Positions 49,911-58,365 of a stretch of DNA of 63,346 nt are shown here, piece by piece (positions within the stretch are counted from its first letter, which is position 1; each line of letters begins with the position of its first letter). The DNA lies in contig DATAOU010000222.1 in the NCBI GenBank assembly GCA_036265575.1, forward strand, positions 1 through 63,346. Direction: 5' to 3'. A program made the position numbers and the translations under genes. The DNA comes from Pyrinomonadaceae bacterium. GTDB taxonomy: Bacteria; Acidobacteriota; Blastocatellia; Pyrinomonadales; Pyrinomonadaceae. Below the pieces are notes generated by a model. The model saw nothing but the letters and a program-made list of their open reading frames with translations. It was not told the origin of the DNA and ran no database searches.

Positions 49911-51614
49911 TTAGACCAGAGACGGAGGTAGCACAAACTGGCCGATGTGTGGTCCGTCATTGTTCAGACTGGTGCGCAGGCTTAACTCGAGCGCATCACG
50001 CGTCTGTTCCGGCGTGATGACAGCATCAACAAAACCGCGCGCGGCAGCATACTTGGCATCGAGATCGCGCTCGTAGGTTTCGCGCACGCTGTTCATTTGT
50101 TGTTCGAGGTCTGCTCCCGGCTCTTCGCCCTTCGCCCTTAGCTTTTCCAGTTGGCTGCCGAAAACTGCTTGTACTGCCGAGTCGCCTTCCATCACACCCA
50201 TTCGCCCGGTGGGCAGACTGAAGATGAAGTCAGGATCGAATCCCTGGCCAGCCATTGCATAATAACCAGCGCCCGATGCGTGATTTACGGTCAGCACAAC
50301 TTTGGGAACCAGGGCCGTGGCCATTGCTTCCACGAATTGCGCGCCGGCGCGAATGATTCCGGAATGCTCGGCCGCGGACCCAACCATAAAACCGGAAACG
50401 TCTTGAACAAAAAGCAGCGGCGTTTTGTGGCGGTTGCAGGTCTCAATGAAGTAAGCGACCTTCTCAGCCGATTCAGTGTAGATAATGCCGCCAAATCGCG
50501 GTGGTCCACCGGCCGGCGACTTCACCATGCCGCGATGGTTGGCAATAACACCAACCTGAATGCCGCGAATGCGCGCGTGCCCGGTGATAATTTCTTTGGC
50601 ATAGTCAGCCTGGAACTCATCCAACAAGCCATCGTCAAGCAAACAATTCAACAGCTCGCGCATGTTGTAAGGCTGGCGATGATCTTCCGGAACTATTTCG
50701 TAGATGCTTTCGGCTGGCGTCTTCGCTTTACCAAATGGCACAGTTCGCACCGCAGCATCCACCTTAAACGGCAGCTCTGAAACAAACTCGCGAATTTTTA
50801 CGATGCAAGCCTCGTCGTTCTTCACGCGGTAATGGGCCACACCCGACAACTCATTGTGCGCGCGGGCGCCGCCGAGAGTTTCGTTGTCGATCGTTTGGCC
50901 GGTCGCACCTTTCACCAGGTTCGCTCCGCCAAGTCCCATGAACGAAGTGCCTTCAACCATGATGATTACATCGGAAAGCGCCGGCAGATACGCGCCTCCG
51001 GCAATGCACGGTCCCATCACCGCCGAAATCTGCGGAACCTTTAAGTAGCGCCGCATAATCGAGTTGTAATAGAAGATTCGCGACGCGCCGTACTGTCCCG
51101 GAAAGACGCCGCCTTGATAAGGAAGATTCACGCCCGCTGAATCAACCAGATAAATGATCGGCACGTGGCACCGCATCGCAATTTCCTGCGCGCGCAGAAT
51201 TTTCTTGATTGTCTCCGGCCACCATGAACCGGCCTTAACCGTCGCGTCGTTAGCGACTATCACCACTTCCCTGCCTTCGACCATACCTACGACAGTCACC
51301 ACTCCTGCGGCCGGCGCCGCGCCAATCGATTCCTGCTGCTTGCTGTTTGCTGTTTGCTGTTTGCCGTCCTGATATTGATCGTACGCAACCAACAAACCTA
51401 TTTCCTGCGAATAGGTGTTCTTGTCAAGCAGTAGATCGATACGTTCTCGCGCCGTTAGTTTGCCTTGCTTGTGCTGCTTCTCAATTTTGTCCGGCCCGCC
51501 CCCGAGACGCAGTTTCGCCTCAAGCTGCTGCAGCTCGGCCGTCAGTTCCTTTAAGCGGGAATTTTTTTGTCTGGGTTTGGCGTCAGTTATTTTCATCAAC
51601 AGACCGCATTGCAA
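49911..51614 (-). CDS. Acyl-CoA carboxylase carboxyltransferase (beta) subunit, MccB/AtuC-like
   Basis: 567-aa ORF. 'VVIVANDATVKAGSWWP', 'PIIYLVDSAGVNLP', 'ISAVMGPCIAGGAYLP' and 'FVQDVSGFMVG'. The start may be the Met at 51596. Confidence 0.88.
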   Translation of the reverse strand: MQCGLLMKITDAKPRQKNSRLKELTAELQQLEAKLRLGGGPDKIEKQHKQGKLTARERIDLLLDKNTYSQEIGLLVAYDQYQDGKQQTANSKQQESIGAAPAAGVVTVVGMVEGREVVIVANDATVKAGSWWPETIKKILRAQEIAMRCHVPIIYLVDSAGVNLPYQGGVFPGQYGASRIFYYNSIMRRYLKVPQISAVMGPCIAGGAYLPALSDVIIMVEGTSFMGLGGANLVKGATGQTIDNETLGGARAHNELSGVAHYRVKNDEACIVKIREFVSELPFKVDAAVRTVPFGKAKTPAESIYEIVPEDHRQPYNMRELLNCLLDDGLLDEFQADYAKEIITGHARIRGIQVGVIANHRGMVKSPAGGPPRFGGIIYTESAEKVAYFIETCNRHKTPLLFVQDVSGFMVGSAAEHSGIIRAGAQFVEAMATALVPKVVLTVNHASGAGYYAMAGQGFDPDFIFSLPTGRMGVMEGDSAVQAVFGSQLEKLRAKGEEPGADLEQQMNSVRETYERDLDAKYAAARGFVDAVITPEQTRDALELSLRTSLNNDGPHIGQFVLPPSLV

Positions 51615-51624
51615 TCAATATCTA

Positions 51625-52980
51625 TTAGGATCTAAGCACCTTTAAAAAATTGGTTGCATCAAGCTGCTGCGATAAACCTTCAACGATTGTGACCCGCAGC
51701 CCGCGCAATTCCATGACAACTTGTCCTTCATTTGTTTGCCACGTTTTCAAAGTGTCGGACGTTGGGTGTTGGCTGTCGGTCAGGAGTTTCAAATTGGGAT
51801 AGCGCAATTGGGTTCGCTTTACGTATGCATCAAAAAACTCGCGCGCGTCCGTTTCGGTGTCCCAGGCTGAAATTTGCGCAATGCACGCCTGCCCCTCAGG
51901 GCCTTCATAAACGTCGTAACGATCGCCGGCCCAACCAGCCGCAGCCCGGCGCGATTCGGCCGGTGAGTTTAGGAACTGATCGAGCACTAGATAATAGCCC
52001 CACTCTCCGTTGACATCAGAATCGATGCGGCGCCAGGCGGGCGAAGTGCTGAGTGCTGAGTTCTGAGTGCTGAGCGCCTTATTGAGCAAACTGCTCATGT
52101 CAGGCAGCGTAATTTTTAGCGGCTTCTCGTACGCAAAGTATTTTTCCGGATGCAGAATTTGTTCGGTGGACAGCGGCAGGTTCGTAAAAGCTTTTGATAA
52201 CCCGCCAAAGCCGTCGCGCTTGTAGACGCTAGTGGCCCATTGGCTTCCCTGCAGGTAAGGGAAAATGAGCGACTCGCGCAGGGCGCGCGGCGCCTGATTA
52301 AACTGTTCGGTCGAAACGCCGGTGTTTACCGAACGCGTGAATGCCAGGGCCACCAGCGGATTCTTCGCCATATAAACCATCATGGCCAGCGTCGCATCGC
52401 CTTCAATCAGCGAATGAGCCGCCAGTTGCGCGTCGGAATCGCCATGCGGCCACTTCTGAAATCTACGAAGGTTAAAGTGCTGGTCCTGCAGCGCGTGGGT
52501 TAGTTCGTGCGCCATCACCGGTTTTTGAGTTTCCAACTCCAACCAGTCGGCCAAATAAAATTCGCGTGTAACCGGGTCGTAGTATCCGGCAATCTGTTCC
52601 AACAGCAACTTGATAATGAACGGGCGATATTCAAAAGTCGCCGGCGCTAAACCCAACTTGCGATAGGCTACTTCCGTCGCGTGCATTTCTGCAGTCGTCA
52701 TCTGCTCGTAAAGATTCTTAACGAGCATATTCTCAATCTGAGCACGCGACTGGGCCCCGCTCTTCACCGGCTGGAGAATTGGTAACTCGCGAATCTTGCT
52801 GGTCTCTTCCAGGACATTGGAAGTGGCTTCAACAATCGCGGCTTCGCGTGCAGCATGACTGGAAATGGCCGGGCGCTGCTGGGCGCGCAGTGTAAGCCGG
52901 GGAGAATTTACAAGGGCGCCGCTGGTGAGCACCGCAAGGACGGCCGTTAGGGCCAGGAATCTACTAATAATCTTTGACAT
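51625..52980 (-). CDS. Secreted HExxH protein (putative zinc metalloprotease, MA-clan-like)
   Basis: 451-aa ORF with a signal peptide. 'KPVMAHELTHALQDQHF' carries the HExxH motif. I cannot name the family. Confidence 0.5.
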   Translation of the reverse strand: MSKIISRFLALTAVLAVLTSGALVNSPRLTLRAQQRPAISSHAAREAAIVEATSNVLEETSKIRELPILQPVKSGAQSRAQIENMLVKNLYEQMTTAEMHATEVAYRKLGLAPATFEYRPFIIKLLLEQIAGYYDPVTREFYLADWLELETQKPVMAHELTHALQDQHFNLRRFQKWPHGDSDAQLAAHSLIEGDATLAMMVYMAKNPLVALAFTRSVNTGVSTEQFNQAPRALRESLIFPYLQGSQWATSVYKRDGFGGLSKAFTNLPLSTEQILHPEKYFAYEKPLKITLPDMSSLLNKALSTQNSALSTSPAWRRIDSDVNGEWGYYLVLDQFLNSPAESRRAAAGWAGDRYDVYEGPEGQACIAQISAWDTETDAREFFDAYVKRTQLRYPNLKLLTDSQHPTSDTLKTWQTNEGQVVMELRGLRVTIVEGLSQQLDATNFLKVLRS

Positions 52981-53069
52981 CTTCAGGCTTTCGCTCTTAT
53001 AGTCCGCTAAACGTCAAAACAATCGCAGCCGGCAAATCCTAAGACAAAGTTTGAGGGTATAACGCTCAG

Positions 53070-53561
53070 ATGACAAGTCCTGCACCTGAAAATGTTTTCG
53101 GCGACTGGCACGAGTCAGTGATTCGCGTGCGCTATGCCGAAACGGACAAGATGGGAATTGTCTATTATGCCAATTACCTAATCTGGTTCGAAATTGGCCG
53201 CACCGACTTTTGCCGCGCTCGCGGCTTTGCGTACCGCGACATGGAAGAGAACGACGACGCCTTCCTGGTGGTGGCCGAAAGCTACTGCCGTTATAAAGCG
53301 CCTGCTTACTACGATGACGAATTGCTGGTTCGCACTCACATCACCGAATTAAGGCGCCGCTCGCTGCGATTTGGTTACGAGATCGTGCGTGCCAGCGACG
53401 GTCAAGTCATAGCTGAAGGCGAAACTGGACACGTAATCACGGATTCAACCGGCCGGGTCCGTTCGATTCCAGAGTCGTATGCTCAACGACTGCTGGCTCC
53501 TCCGACTTTGAAATCCGCCAGCAATGGCGAGAAGGTGCCCAGCGAAGAAGGTCCTGCCTGA
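53070..53561 (+). CDS. Acyl-CoA thioesterase, YbgC/FadM (4HBT hotdog) family
   Basis: 163-aa ORF. 'VRYAETDKMGIVYYANYLIWFEIGRTDF' carries the catalytic Asp in its typical context. Confidence 0.85.
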   Translation: MTSPAPENVFGDWHESVIRVRYAETDKMGIVYYANYLIWFEIGRTDFCRARGFAYRDMEENDDAFLVVAESYCRYKAPAYYDDELLVRTHITELRRRSLRFGYEIVRASDGQVIAEGETGHVITDSTGRVRSIPESYAQRLLAPPTLKSASNGEKVPSEEGPA

Positions 53562-53577
53562 TCTCCAGCAGTGCGCA

Positions 53578-53644
53578 TGAAGTTCAGAGTCCAGCCTTCA
53601 GGCTGCTGCTTCGATAACGCAAACTAAAATTTGTACTCTAAACT
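53578..53644. repeat. Nested palindromic element, second copy of the 48419-type family
   Basis: Left arm gaagttcagagtccagccttcaggctgc. Right arm gcaaactaaaatttgtactctaaact. It lies between the convergent stops of the thioesterase and ymdB-like genes. Confidence 0.7.
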
Positions 53645-53651
53645 CCTTGCT

Positions 53652-54431
53652 TTAGTCATGCGCCAGGTTAAGTCTCGTAATCTCCCGCGCCCGTCCCGTT
53701 ACTTCATCAATATCCAAGACAGCGCCGCAAATCCTCACGGTTCCGGTCGAATGCTCTGCCCGTCGCCCAGTTGCCGAAGTGAAACGGGTGATGACGTCCT
53801 TCTTCTCCATTCCAATGACGCCTGAATAGCTTCCCGTCATTCCTAAATCCGTTAGGTAACCGGTGCCGTTGGGAAAAATTCTCTCGTCAGCAGTCTGCAC
53901 ATGAGTGTGCGTGCCCACCACCGCGGAAACGCGCCCATCCAGGTACCAACCCATCGCTACCTTTTCAGACGTGGCTTCGGCGTGCATATCAACAATGCGA
54001 ACGCGGGTGTCTTCGGGTAATTCCGCGAGCAGTTGATCAATCGCTCGAAACGGATCATCAGAAGGCGGCATAAAAACCCGGCCCATTAGGTTGATGACGG
54101 CTACCTTGCTGCCGTTGACAGACCCGGTCCACATGCCACTGCCCGGCGTATTTGGTGGATAATTCGCCGGTCTGAGAAGTCGCGGCTGTTTGACGATGTA
54201 TGGCGCAGCTTCCTTTTTGTCGAAGATGTGATTGCCGGACGTCATTACGTCGATTCCGCTGGCAAACAACTGCTCGCAAAGCGACGGTGTAACTGAGAAG
54301 CCGCCCGCCAGGTTTTCAGCATTCATTATTGCCAGGTCAATAGCGTGCTGTTCGCGCAGATCCTGAATGCGCTCAAGTACGGCCACACGGCCGGGCTTCG
54401 CAACCACATCCCCAATGATGAGAACTTTCAT
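53652..54431 (-). CDS. YmdB-like metallophosphoesterase (TIGR00282 family)
   Basis: I trimmed the track ORF 53652..54536 to the Met of '[15 protein letters not shown]', the canonical metallophosphoesterase motif I. 'NAENLAGG' and 'GNHIFD' follow. The discarded 35 aa are a translation of the heptamer repeats. Confidence 0.85.
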   Translation of the reverse strand: MKVLIIGDVVAKPGRVAVLERIQDLREQHAIDLAIMNAENLAGGFSVTPSLCEQLFASGIDVMTSGNHIFDKKEAAPYIVKQPRLLRPANYPPNTPGSGMWTGSVNGSKVAVINLMGRVFMPPSDDPFRAIDQLLAELPEDTRVRIVDMHAEATSEKVAMGWYLDGRVSAVVGTHTHVQTADERIFPNGTGYLTDLGMTGSYSGVIGMEKKDVITRFTSATGRRAEHSTGTVRICGAVLDIDEVTGRAREITRLNLAHD

Positions 54432-54437
54432 AAGTTT

Positions 54438-54783
54438 CGTAAATCGTGAATCGTAAATAAGGTAAAGGGCGGTAAATAGTAAATGGTAAATCGTAAATAG
54501 GAAAACGGACGCCCCGCAGCGTCCCAAGTACCGCACGCAAGTGACGAAAAGAAAACCGCAAGAAAAATTGGCAACCGAAAATAGCTCTTAACGGCTATTT
54601 ACGATTCCCGATTTACGGCTCTTAAGTGAATCGTGAATAGACAAAAGCCGCAAACCGGAAGGCGTCAATCGAGATAGCTCAGCCACTATTTACGATTCAC
54701 GATTTACGATTTACGGCTCTTAATCGTCAACCGAGAATAGCTCTCAACCGCTATTTACGATTCACGATTTACTATTTACGGCT
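54438..54783. repeat. Composite heptamer-repeat array (CGTAAAT family): one forward block plus three ~50-65-nt units carrying the inverted block
   Basis: Forward block cgtaaatcgtgaatcgtaaataaggtaaagggcggtaaatagtaaatggtaaatcgtaaatag (54438-54500). Inverted blocks: ctatttacgattcccgatttacggctc (~54595-54621), ctatttacgattcacgatttacgatttacggctc (~54686-54719) and ctatttacgattcacgatttactatttacggct (~54751-54783). Each is preceded by an 'atagctc..' motif. Confidence 0.85.
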
Positions 54784-54787
54784 TTGT

Positions 54788-54992
54788 TGGCAGGAGGGAC
54801 ATCCGCGATGGTCGTTCCGGAGCCGTAATTGAACCTGCATGTACAGGTGGGTGACCTTTAAGAGCCGCAGCCTCTGGCAATTCTTAACGCTGAAGAAGTG
54901 CACTGGCAAACGGCATCGGTCTCCCATTTTAACGGCGTTGGCTCAATCATCGTAACTCGGTGACGAGCCCCGCAGAATATTTCCCTCCGCCG
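54788..54992 (-). ncRNA. ssrS: Candidate 6S RNA (ssrS-like): a ~205-nt rod with a central bubble; strand inferred from zapA synteny
   Basis: Hand fold. Closing stem GGAGGGA(54793-99)/TCCCTCC(54982-88), continued by GCG/CGC, GG/CC, TCGT/ACGA and TAATTGA/TCAATCA. Central internal loop of about 12 nt (tgcatgtacagg) opposite about 13 nt (ttttaacggcgtt). Distal stem TGGGtGACC/GGTCtCCCA, GAGCCG/CGGCaTC and GCAATTCTT/AAGAAGTGC, with apical loop aacgctg centred at ~54890. It lies downstream of zapA, as ssrS does in E. coli. Confidence 0.45.
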
Positions 54993-55088
54993 CGCGCGAT
55001 ACTAACACAGCCGGGCGGAACTCAGGTAATTGTGTTAGGACGCGTTGGACGTTTCGAGGGTCGTATGGCACTGCAAGCAAACATTCAG

Positions 55089-55237
55089 CCGCGGATCGCG
55101 CGAATGAACGCGAATCTGCAAACGAATTAGGCGCAGGTGTCGTAAACCAGAAAAAGAATTAAGTCGGAAAGCAGAAAGGACTTGAAGCTCTTAGATTGTT
55201 CTTTTGCAGATTCGCGCTCATCCGCGCCAATCCGCGG
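55089..55237. repeat. Long imperfect inverted repeat just downstream of zapA
   Basis: Left arm ccgcggatcgcgcgaatgaacgcgaatctgcaaa (55089-55122). Right arm ttttgcagattcgcgctcatccgcgccaatccgcgg (55202-55237), whose reverse complement is ccgcggattggcgcggatgagcgcgaatctgcaaaa. The arms are ~34 nt with a few mismatches, and the spacer is ~79 nt. Confidence 0.75.
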
Positions 55238-55273
55238 CTGTGTTCCGTCTGTTTGTTCGAAATTCTTCTGGAA

Positions 55274-55660
55274 TCAACCGAGCGAGATGTTTTCCGGGCC
55301 GCCTTTTTCCTGTGCGATATTGCTGCGCACCTTTAAGAGGCGGTCGAGCATTTCGGCGCATTCCGCGCTGCGGGTAGCAAGCTGGGCATCGGCCTGTTCG
55401 TGAGTTTGTTGCAGGCGGTGCAGCTCGTCGGCAATATGCAAAGCAGCAAGAATAGCGACCTTTAGCGAATCCACCGTTAGCGTGCCGGAAGAAATCTCCC
55501 GCATGCGGCTATCGACAAAATCCGCCAGTTTTGTGAGGTATTCCGAGTCGCCGTCAGAACGAATATTGTAGGTTTGATTGTAGATTTCAACGCGGATAAT
55601 AGGCGGCGCTGAAGTTTCGACACTTTTCTTGCCCGGCATTTCAGCAATCCCCGTTGTCAT
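55274..55660 (-). CDS. zapA: Cell division protein ZapA
   Basis: 128-aa ORF. 'IRVEIYNQTYNIRSDGDSEYLTKLADFVDSRMREI...LKVAILAALHIADEL' is typical of ZapA. Confidence 0.8.
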   Translation of the reverse strand: MTTGIAEMPGKKSVETSAPPIIRVEIYNQTYNIRSDGDSEYLTKLADFVDSRMREISSGTLTVDSLKVAILAALHIADELHRLQQTHEQADAQLATRSAECAEMLDRLLKVRSNIAQEKGGPENISLG

Positions 55661-55935
55661 CTGAGTTCCTCCGCCAGCTCGGGATCCAGCGCGGCCACGG
55701 CGTCGAGCATCGCCTCTACCTTCATGCGGATAATGTCGCGTTCGGCCAGCAGCGCTTCCACTTGTTTTTCCAGGCGTTCCTGCTCGCGCGGTACGCTGCC
55801 CCGGTTGCGGCGCATGTTGGAAAGCTCTTTTTCAAGGCTCTCCTTCTCTAAGCGAAGCGTCTTGGTGAGTTCAATGGTCCGGTAGATCTTATCTTCGAGA
55901 TGAGAAAACTTTTCGAGTCCTGAGAGTGCGATCAT
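55657..55935 (-). CDS. Small coiled-coil protein upstream of zapA (ZapB-like)
   Basis: 92-aa ORF with heptad Leu/Glu-rich sequence throughout. It has an ATGA overlap with the zapA start. Function is inferred from context only. Confidence 0.4.
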   Translation of the reverse strand: MIALSGLEKFSHLEDKIYRTIELTKTLRLEKESLEKELSNMRRNRGSVPREQERLEKQVEALLAERDIIRMKVEAMLDAVAALDPELAEELR

Positions 55936-56042
55936 CTAACTAATCTTTCTGAGTTCGTGTTGCTATCCGCGTCGGCGAGGCGATTATGCGACTTCACGCT
56001 GTCAAGCGCAAGACTATCGGCACCGGTAAAGGCGATTTATTT

Positions 56043-58139
56043 TTAATGAAGCTCGGCATTAAATTTTTTCAGCAGCGAATCTAACAGACGCCGGTGACGT
56101 TCTTCGACTTCTTCGTCGCGCAACGTCCCCTGCTGGGAACGATACTCGACGCGCAAGGTGACCGATCGCTTGTCAGCGGGAATACTTTGCCCTTCGTAAG
56201 TGCCCACCAGTTGAACGCGCTGGTAGTCTTCGATTTCCTGCGACTGAATCGCCGCGACCAGTTCGCTGAAACCAACATTGCGACCAACGAGTAGCGTCAC
56301 GTCTCGCATTACTGATGGATAGCGCGGCAAAGGTCTGTACTTGATTTCATGTTCCGCAAGTTCAAGTACCGGCGTCAGGTTAAGTTCAGCCACGAACACT
56401 CGTTGCCGAAATTTGTAATCAGCGGAAATTGTTTCGGACAAAGCGCCGGCATTACCAATCACCGTTCCGTCGGCGAGCAGAATGTACGCTGACTGGCCCG
56501 CGCGCAAATGTTTCACTTCAGCTGCGGCAAAAACCAAAGGCGATAGATTCAACGACGCGATCGCCGCCTGTAATGCGCCCTTAAGATCGTAGAAATCGAG
56601 CTCGCGGCTCGCCTGCGCCCGGTCCTGTTCGCTGGCCCCGCCGCTGGCGATCAGCCCCAGCGACTCCGATTCATGCGGGAGCTCCCCATTCTCGGAACCC
56701 GCGAAAATACGGCCCATTTCGAACAAACGGACATCCTTAGTGCCCTGGTTAAAGTTGTGACGAAGCGACTGCAATAGCCCCGGCATCAGGCTCGGCCGCA
56801 TCCTGGTGGCGTCTTCCAGAATGGGATTGCTCAAGGTGACGAACGACTCTTGATTGTCGTGTGGAGTCGCTGAAGCCAAAGCGAAAACTGCGTCGTGTGC
56901 CGGGTCGATGAAACTGAGGTTAATTGCTTCGTCGAAGCCGAGGCTGGTCAACGCGCGACGTATATTGCGGCGTTTGAGTTCCGCCGGTTGGTATTCACCC
57001 GCCATGGAGGACGGGGGCAACTCTGAACCGATATGCTCGTAACCTACGTGTCGCGCTATCTCTTCAACCAAATCTTCTTCGAGACTGACGTCAACGCGCC
57101 AACTGGGAACAACAAATGTTTTTGCATTGTCCTTTGCCCCGGGACTGCCGGCAAAGCCAAGCGCGGTCAGAATACGATCCATCTCTGCCACATCCACGCG
57201 CAGGGAGGTCAGACTCTCGACCTTTTCGGGACGAAAGTTTATTGAGCGCGCTACGAAGGGTCGCGGATAGACATCGATAACATCTACGGTTGCCGTGCCG
57301 CCGGCAATTTCGCAAATTAGCTCAACGCATCTCGTCTGTGCGTTGACCAGGTTCTCGCAATCGGCACCGCGCTCAAAGCGTTTCGATGCCTCAGTGTCCA
57401 TGCCCAGCTTGCGTGCCGTCCGTCTGACTGAATCAGGATCGAAGTAAGCACTTTCGATCAGCACGTCAACGGTCGCCGCTGAGATTTCTGAATCCAGACC
57501 GCCCATGATTCCGGCAAGCGCGACTGGCCGCTCGGCATCAGCAATGACCAGCATCTCGTTATCCAAGTTGCGTTCAACGCCATCAAGCGTTTGCAGTTTC
57601 TCGCCGGCGCGGGCCCGGCGCACAATAATTTTGCGGCCGTCGAGTTTTGTCAGATCAAAAGCGTGCAATGGCTGGCCCAACTCATGAAGCACATAGTTGG
57701 TGATGTCAGCAACATTATTGATTGGGCGCTGACCGATCTCGTTGAGGCGTTTCGCCAGCCACTCGGGTGATGGGCCAATCTTCACGCCGCGCACGATGCG
57801 AGCAGCGTAACGCGGGCAAAGATCCGGATCGGCAATTTCTACCGAGGCGTAATCGCTCGCTTTTCCTTCGGTTTTTATGCCTTTGGAGCTGAGATCTGAG
57901 ATCTGAGATCTCAAATTTGAGAGGTTGGACCTTTCTATGACCGCAACTTCGCGCGCGATGCCCACGTGCGACAGACAATCGGGCCGGTTTGACGGCACCT
58001 CGACGTCCAACAACGAGTCCCCGTCGTTTTCTTCAACTGAATCGATGGCAAGTCCGACCATAGTAAGCCGCTCCCGCAGTTCCAGCGGGGTCAGCTTTGT
58101 GCCGGTAAGCTCGCGCAGCCAGTTGTAACTAATTAACAT
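56043..58139 (-). CDS. pheT: Phenylalanine--tRNA ligase beta subunit (short form without the EMAP-type tRNA-binding domain)
   Basis: 698-aa ORF. N-terminus '[13 protein letters not shown]', '[20 protein letters not shown]', B5 and FDX-ACB regions, and C-terminal '[21 protein letters not shown]'. It lies downstream of pheS. Confidence 0.92.
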   Translation of the reverse strand: MLISYNWLRELTGTKLTPLELRERLTMVGLAIDSVEENDGDSLLDVEVPSNRPDCLSHVGIAREVAVIERSNLSNLRSQISDLSSKGIKTEGKASDYASVEIADPDLCPRYAARIVRGVKIGPSPEWLAKRLNEIGQRPINNVADITNYVLHELGQPLHAFDLTKLDGRKIIVRRARAGEKLQTLDGVERNLDNEMLVIADAERPVALAGIMGGLDSEISAATVDVLIESAYFDPDSVRRTARKLGMDTEASKRFERGADCENLVNAQTRCVELICEIAGGTATVDVIDVYPRPFVARSINFRPEKVESLTSLRVDVAEMDRILTALGFAGSPGAKDNAKTFVVPSWRVDVSLEEDLVEEIARHVGYEHIGSELPPSSMAGEYQPAELKRRNIRRALTSLGFDEAINLSFIDPAHDAVFALASATPHDNQESFVTLSNPILEDATRMRPSLMPGLLQSLRHNFNQGTKDVRLFEMGRIFAGSENGELPHESESLGLIASGGASEQDRAQASRELDFYDLKGALQAAIASLNLSPLVFAAAEVKHLRAGQSAYILLADGTVIGNAGALSETISADYKFRQRVFVAELNLTPVLELAEHEIKYRPLPRYPSVMRDVTLLVGRNVGFSELVAAIQSQEIEDYQRVQLVGTYEGQSIPADKRSVTLRVEYRSQQGTLRDEEVEERHRRLLDSLLKKFNAELH
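57888..57925. repeat. GAGATCT heptamer/hairpin element embedded in frame in pheT
   Basis: gctgagatctgagatctgagatctcaaatttgagagg. It shares the core gagatctcaaatttgaga with the intergenic unit at 60370-60389. It is translated as '..[14 protein letters not shown]..'. Confidence 0.8.
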
Positions 58140-58150
58140 TATGAATTCTT

Positions 58151-58350
58151 AGAACTTTGAACTTGGAACTTAGTACTTTGATCTTAGGTCTTTGGCCCTT
58201 GGCCTTTGGCCTTTGAACTTAGTGCTTTGGACTTTGGCCTTTGAACCTGGCGCTTGTACTTTGGACTTTGGTCAGCAAAAGTGAATCAGAAAAAGAAAAA
58301 CACAAAGTACAAAGAACGAAGATCAAAGATCAAAGACCAAAGCCCCAAGA
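58151..58350. repeat. Largest heptamer-repeat hairpin (about 17 x CTTTGGN versus about 8 x NCCAAAG), filling the pheS-pheT spacer
   Basis: The left arm (58151-58273) is a run of actttga/acttgga/tctttgg/cctttgg/gctttgg 7-mers. The right arm (58301-58350) reads acaaagt/acaaaga/tcaaaga/ccaaagc/ccaaagg. The loop is A-rich (58274-58300). Confidence 0.85.
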
Positions 58351-58365
58351 CCAAAGGCCCTTGTT

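Noticed and set aside
49127-50780. Plus-strand ORFs 49127..49693 (188 aa) and 50151..50780 (209 aa).
   Set aside because: They are antisense to the well-supported DUF1446 and carboxyltransferase genes. Their composition is typical of reverse-frame artefacts.
53652-54536. The full 294-aa version of the YmdB-like ORF.
   Set aside because: The first 35 residues (..[22 protein letters not shown]..) are read-through of the CGTAAAT repeats. The conserved metallophosphoesterase N-terminus begins at the Met at 54431.
54580-54785. The regularly spaced repeat units here, and at 60256-60400, superficially resemble a small CRISPR array.
   Set aside because: There are only three units at each site. The 'repeats' are themselves hairpin or heptamer tracts related to dispersed elements, the intervening segments are short and partly homologous to each other, and there are no cas genes in the window.
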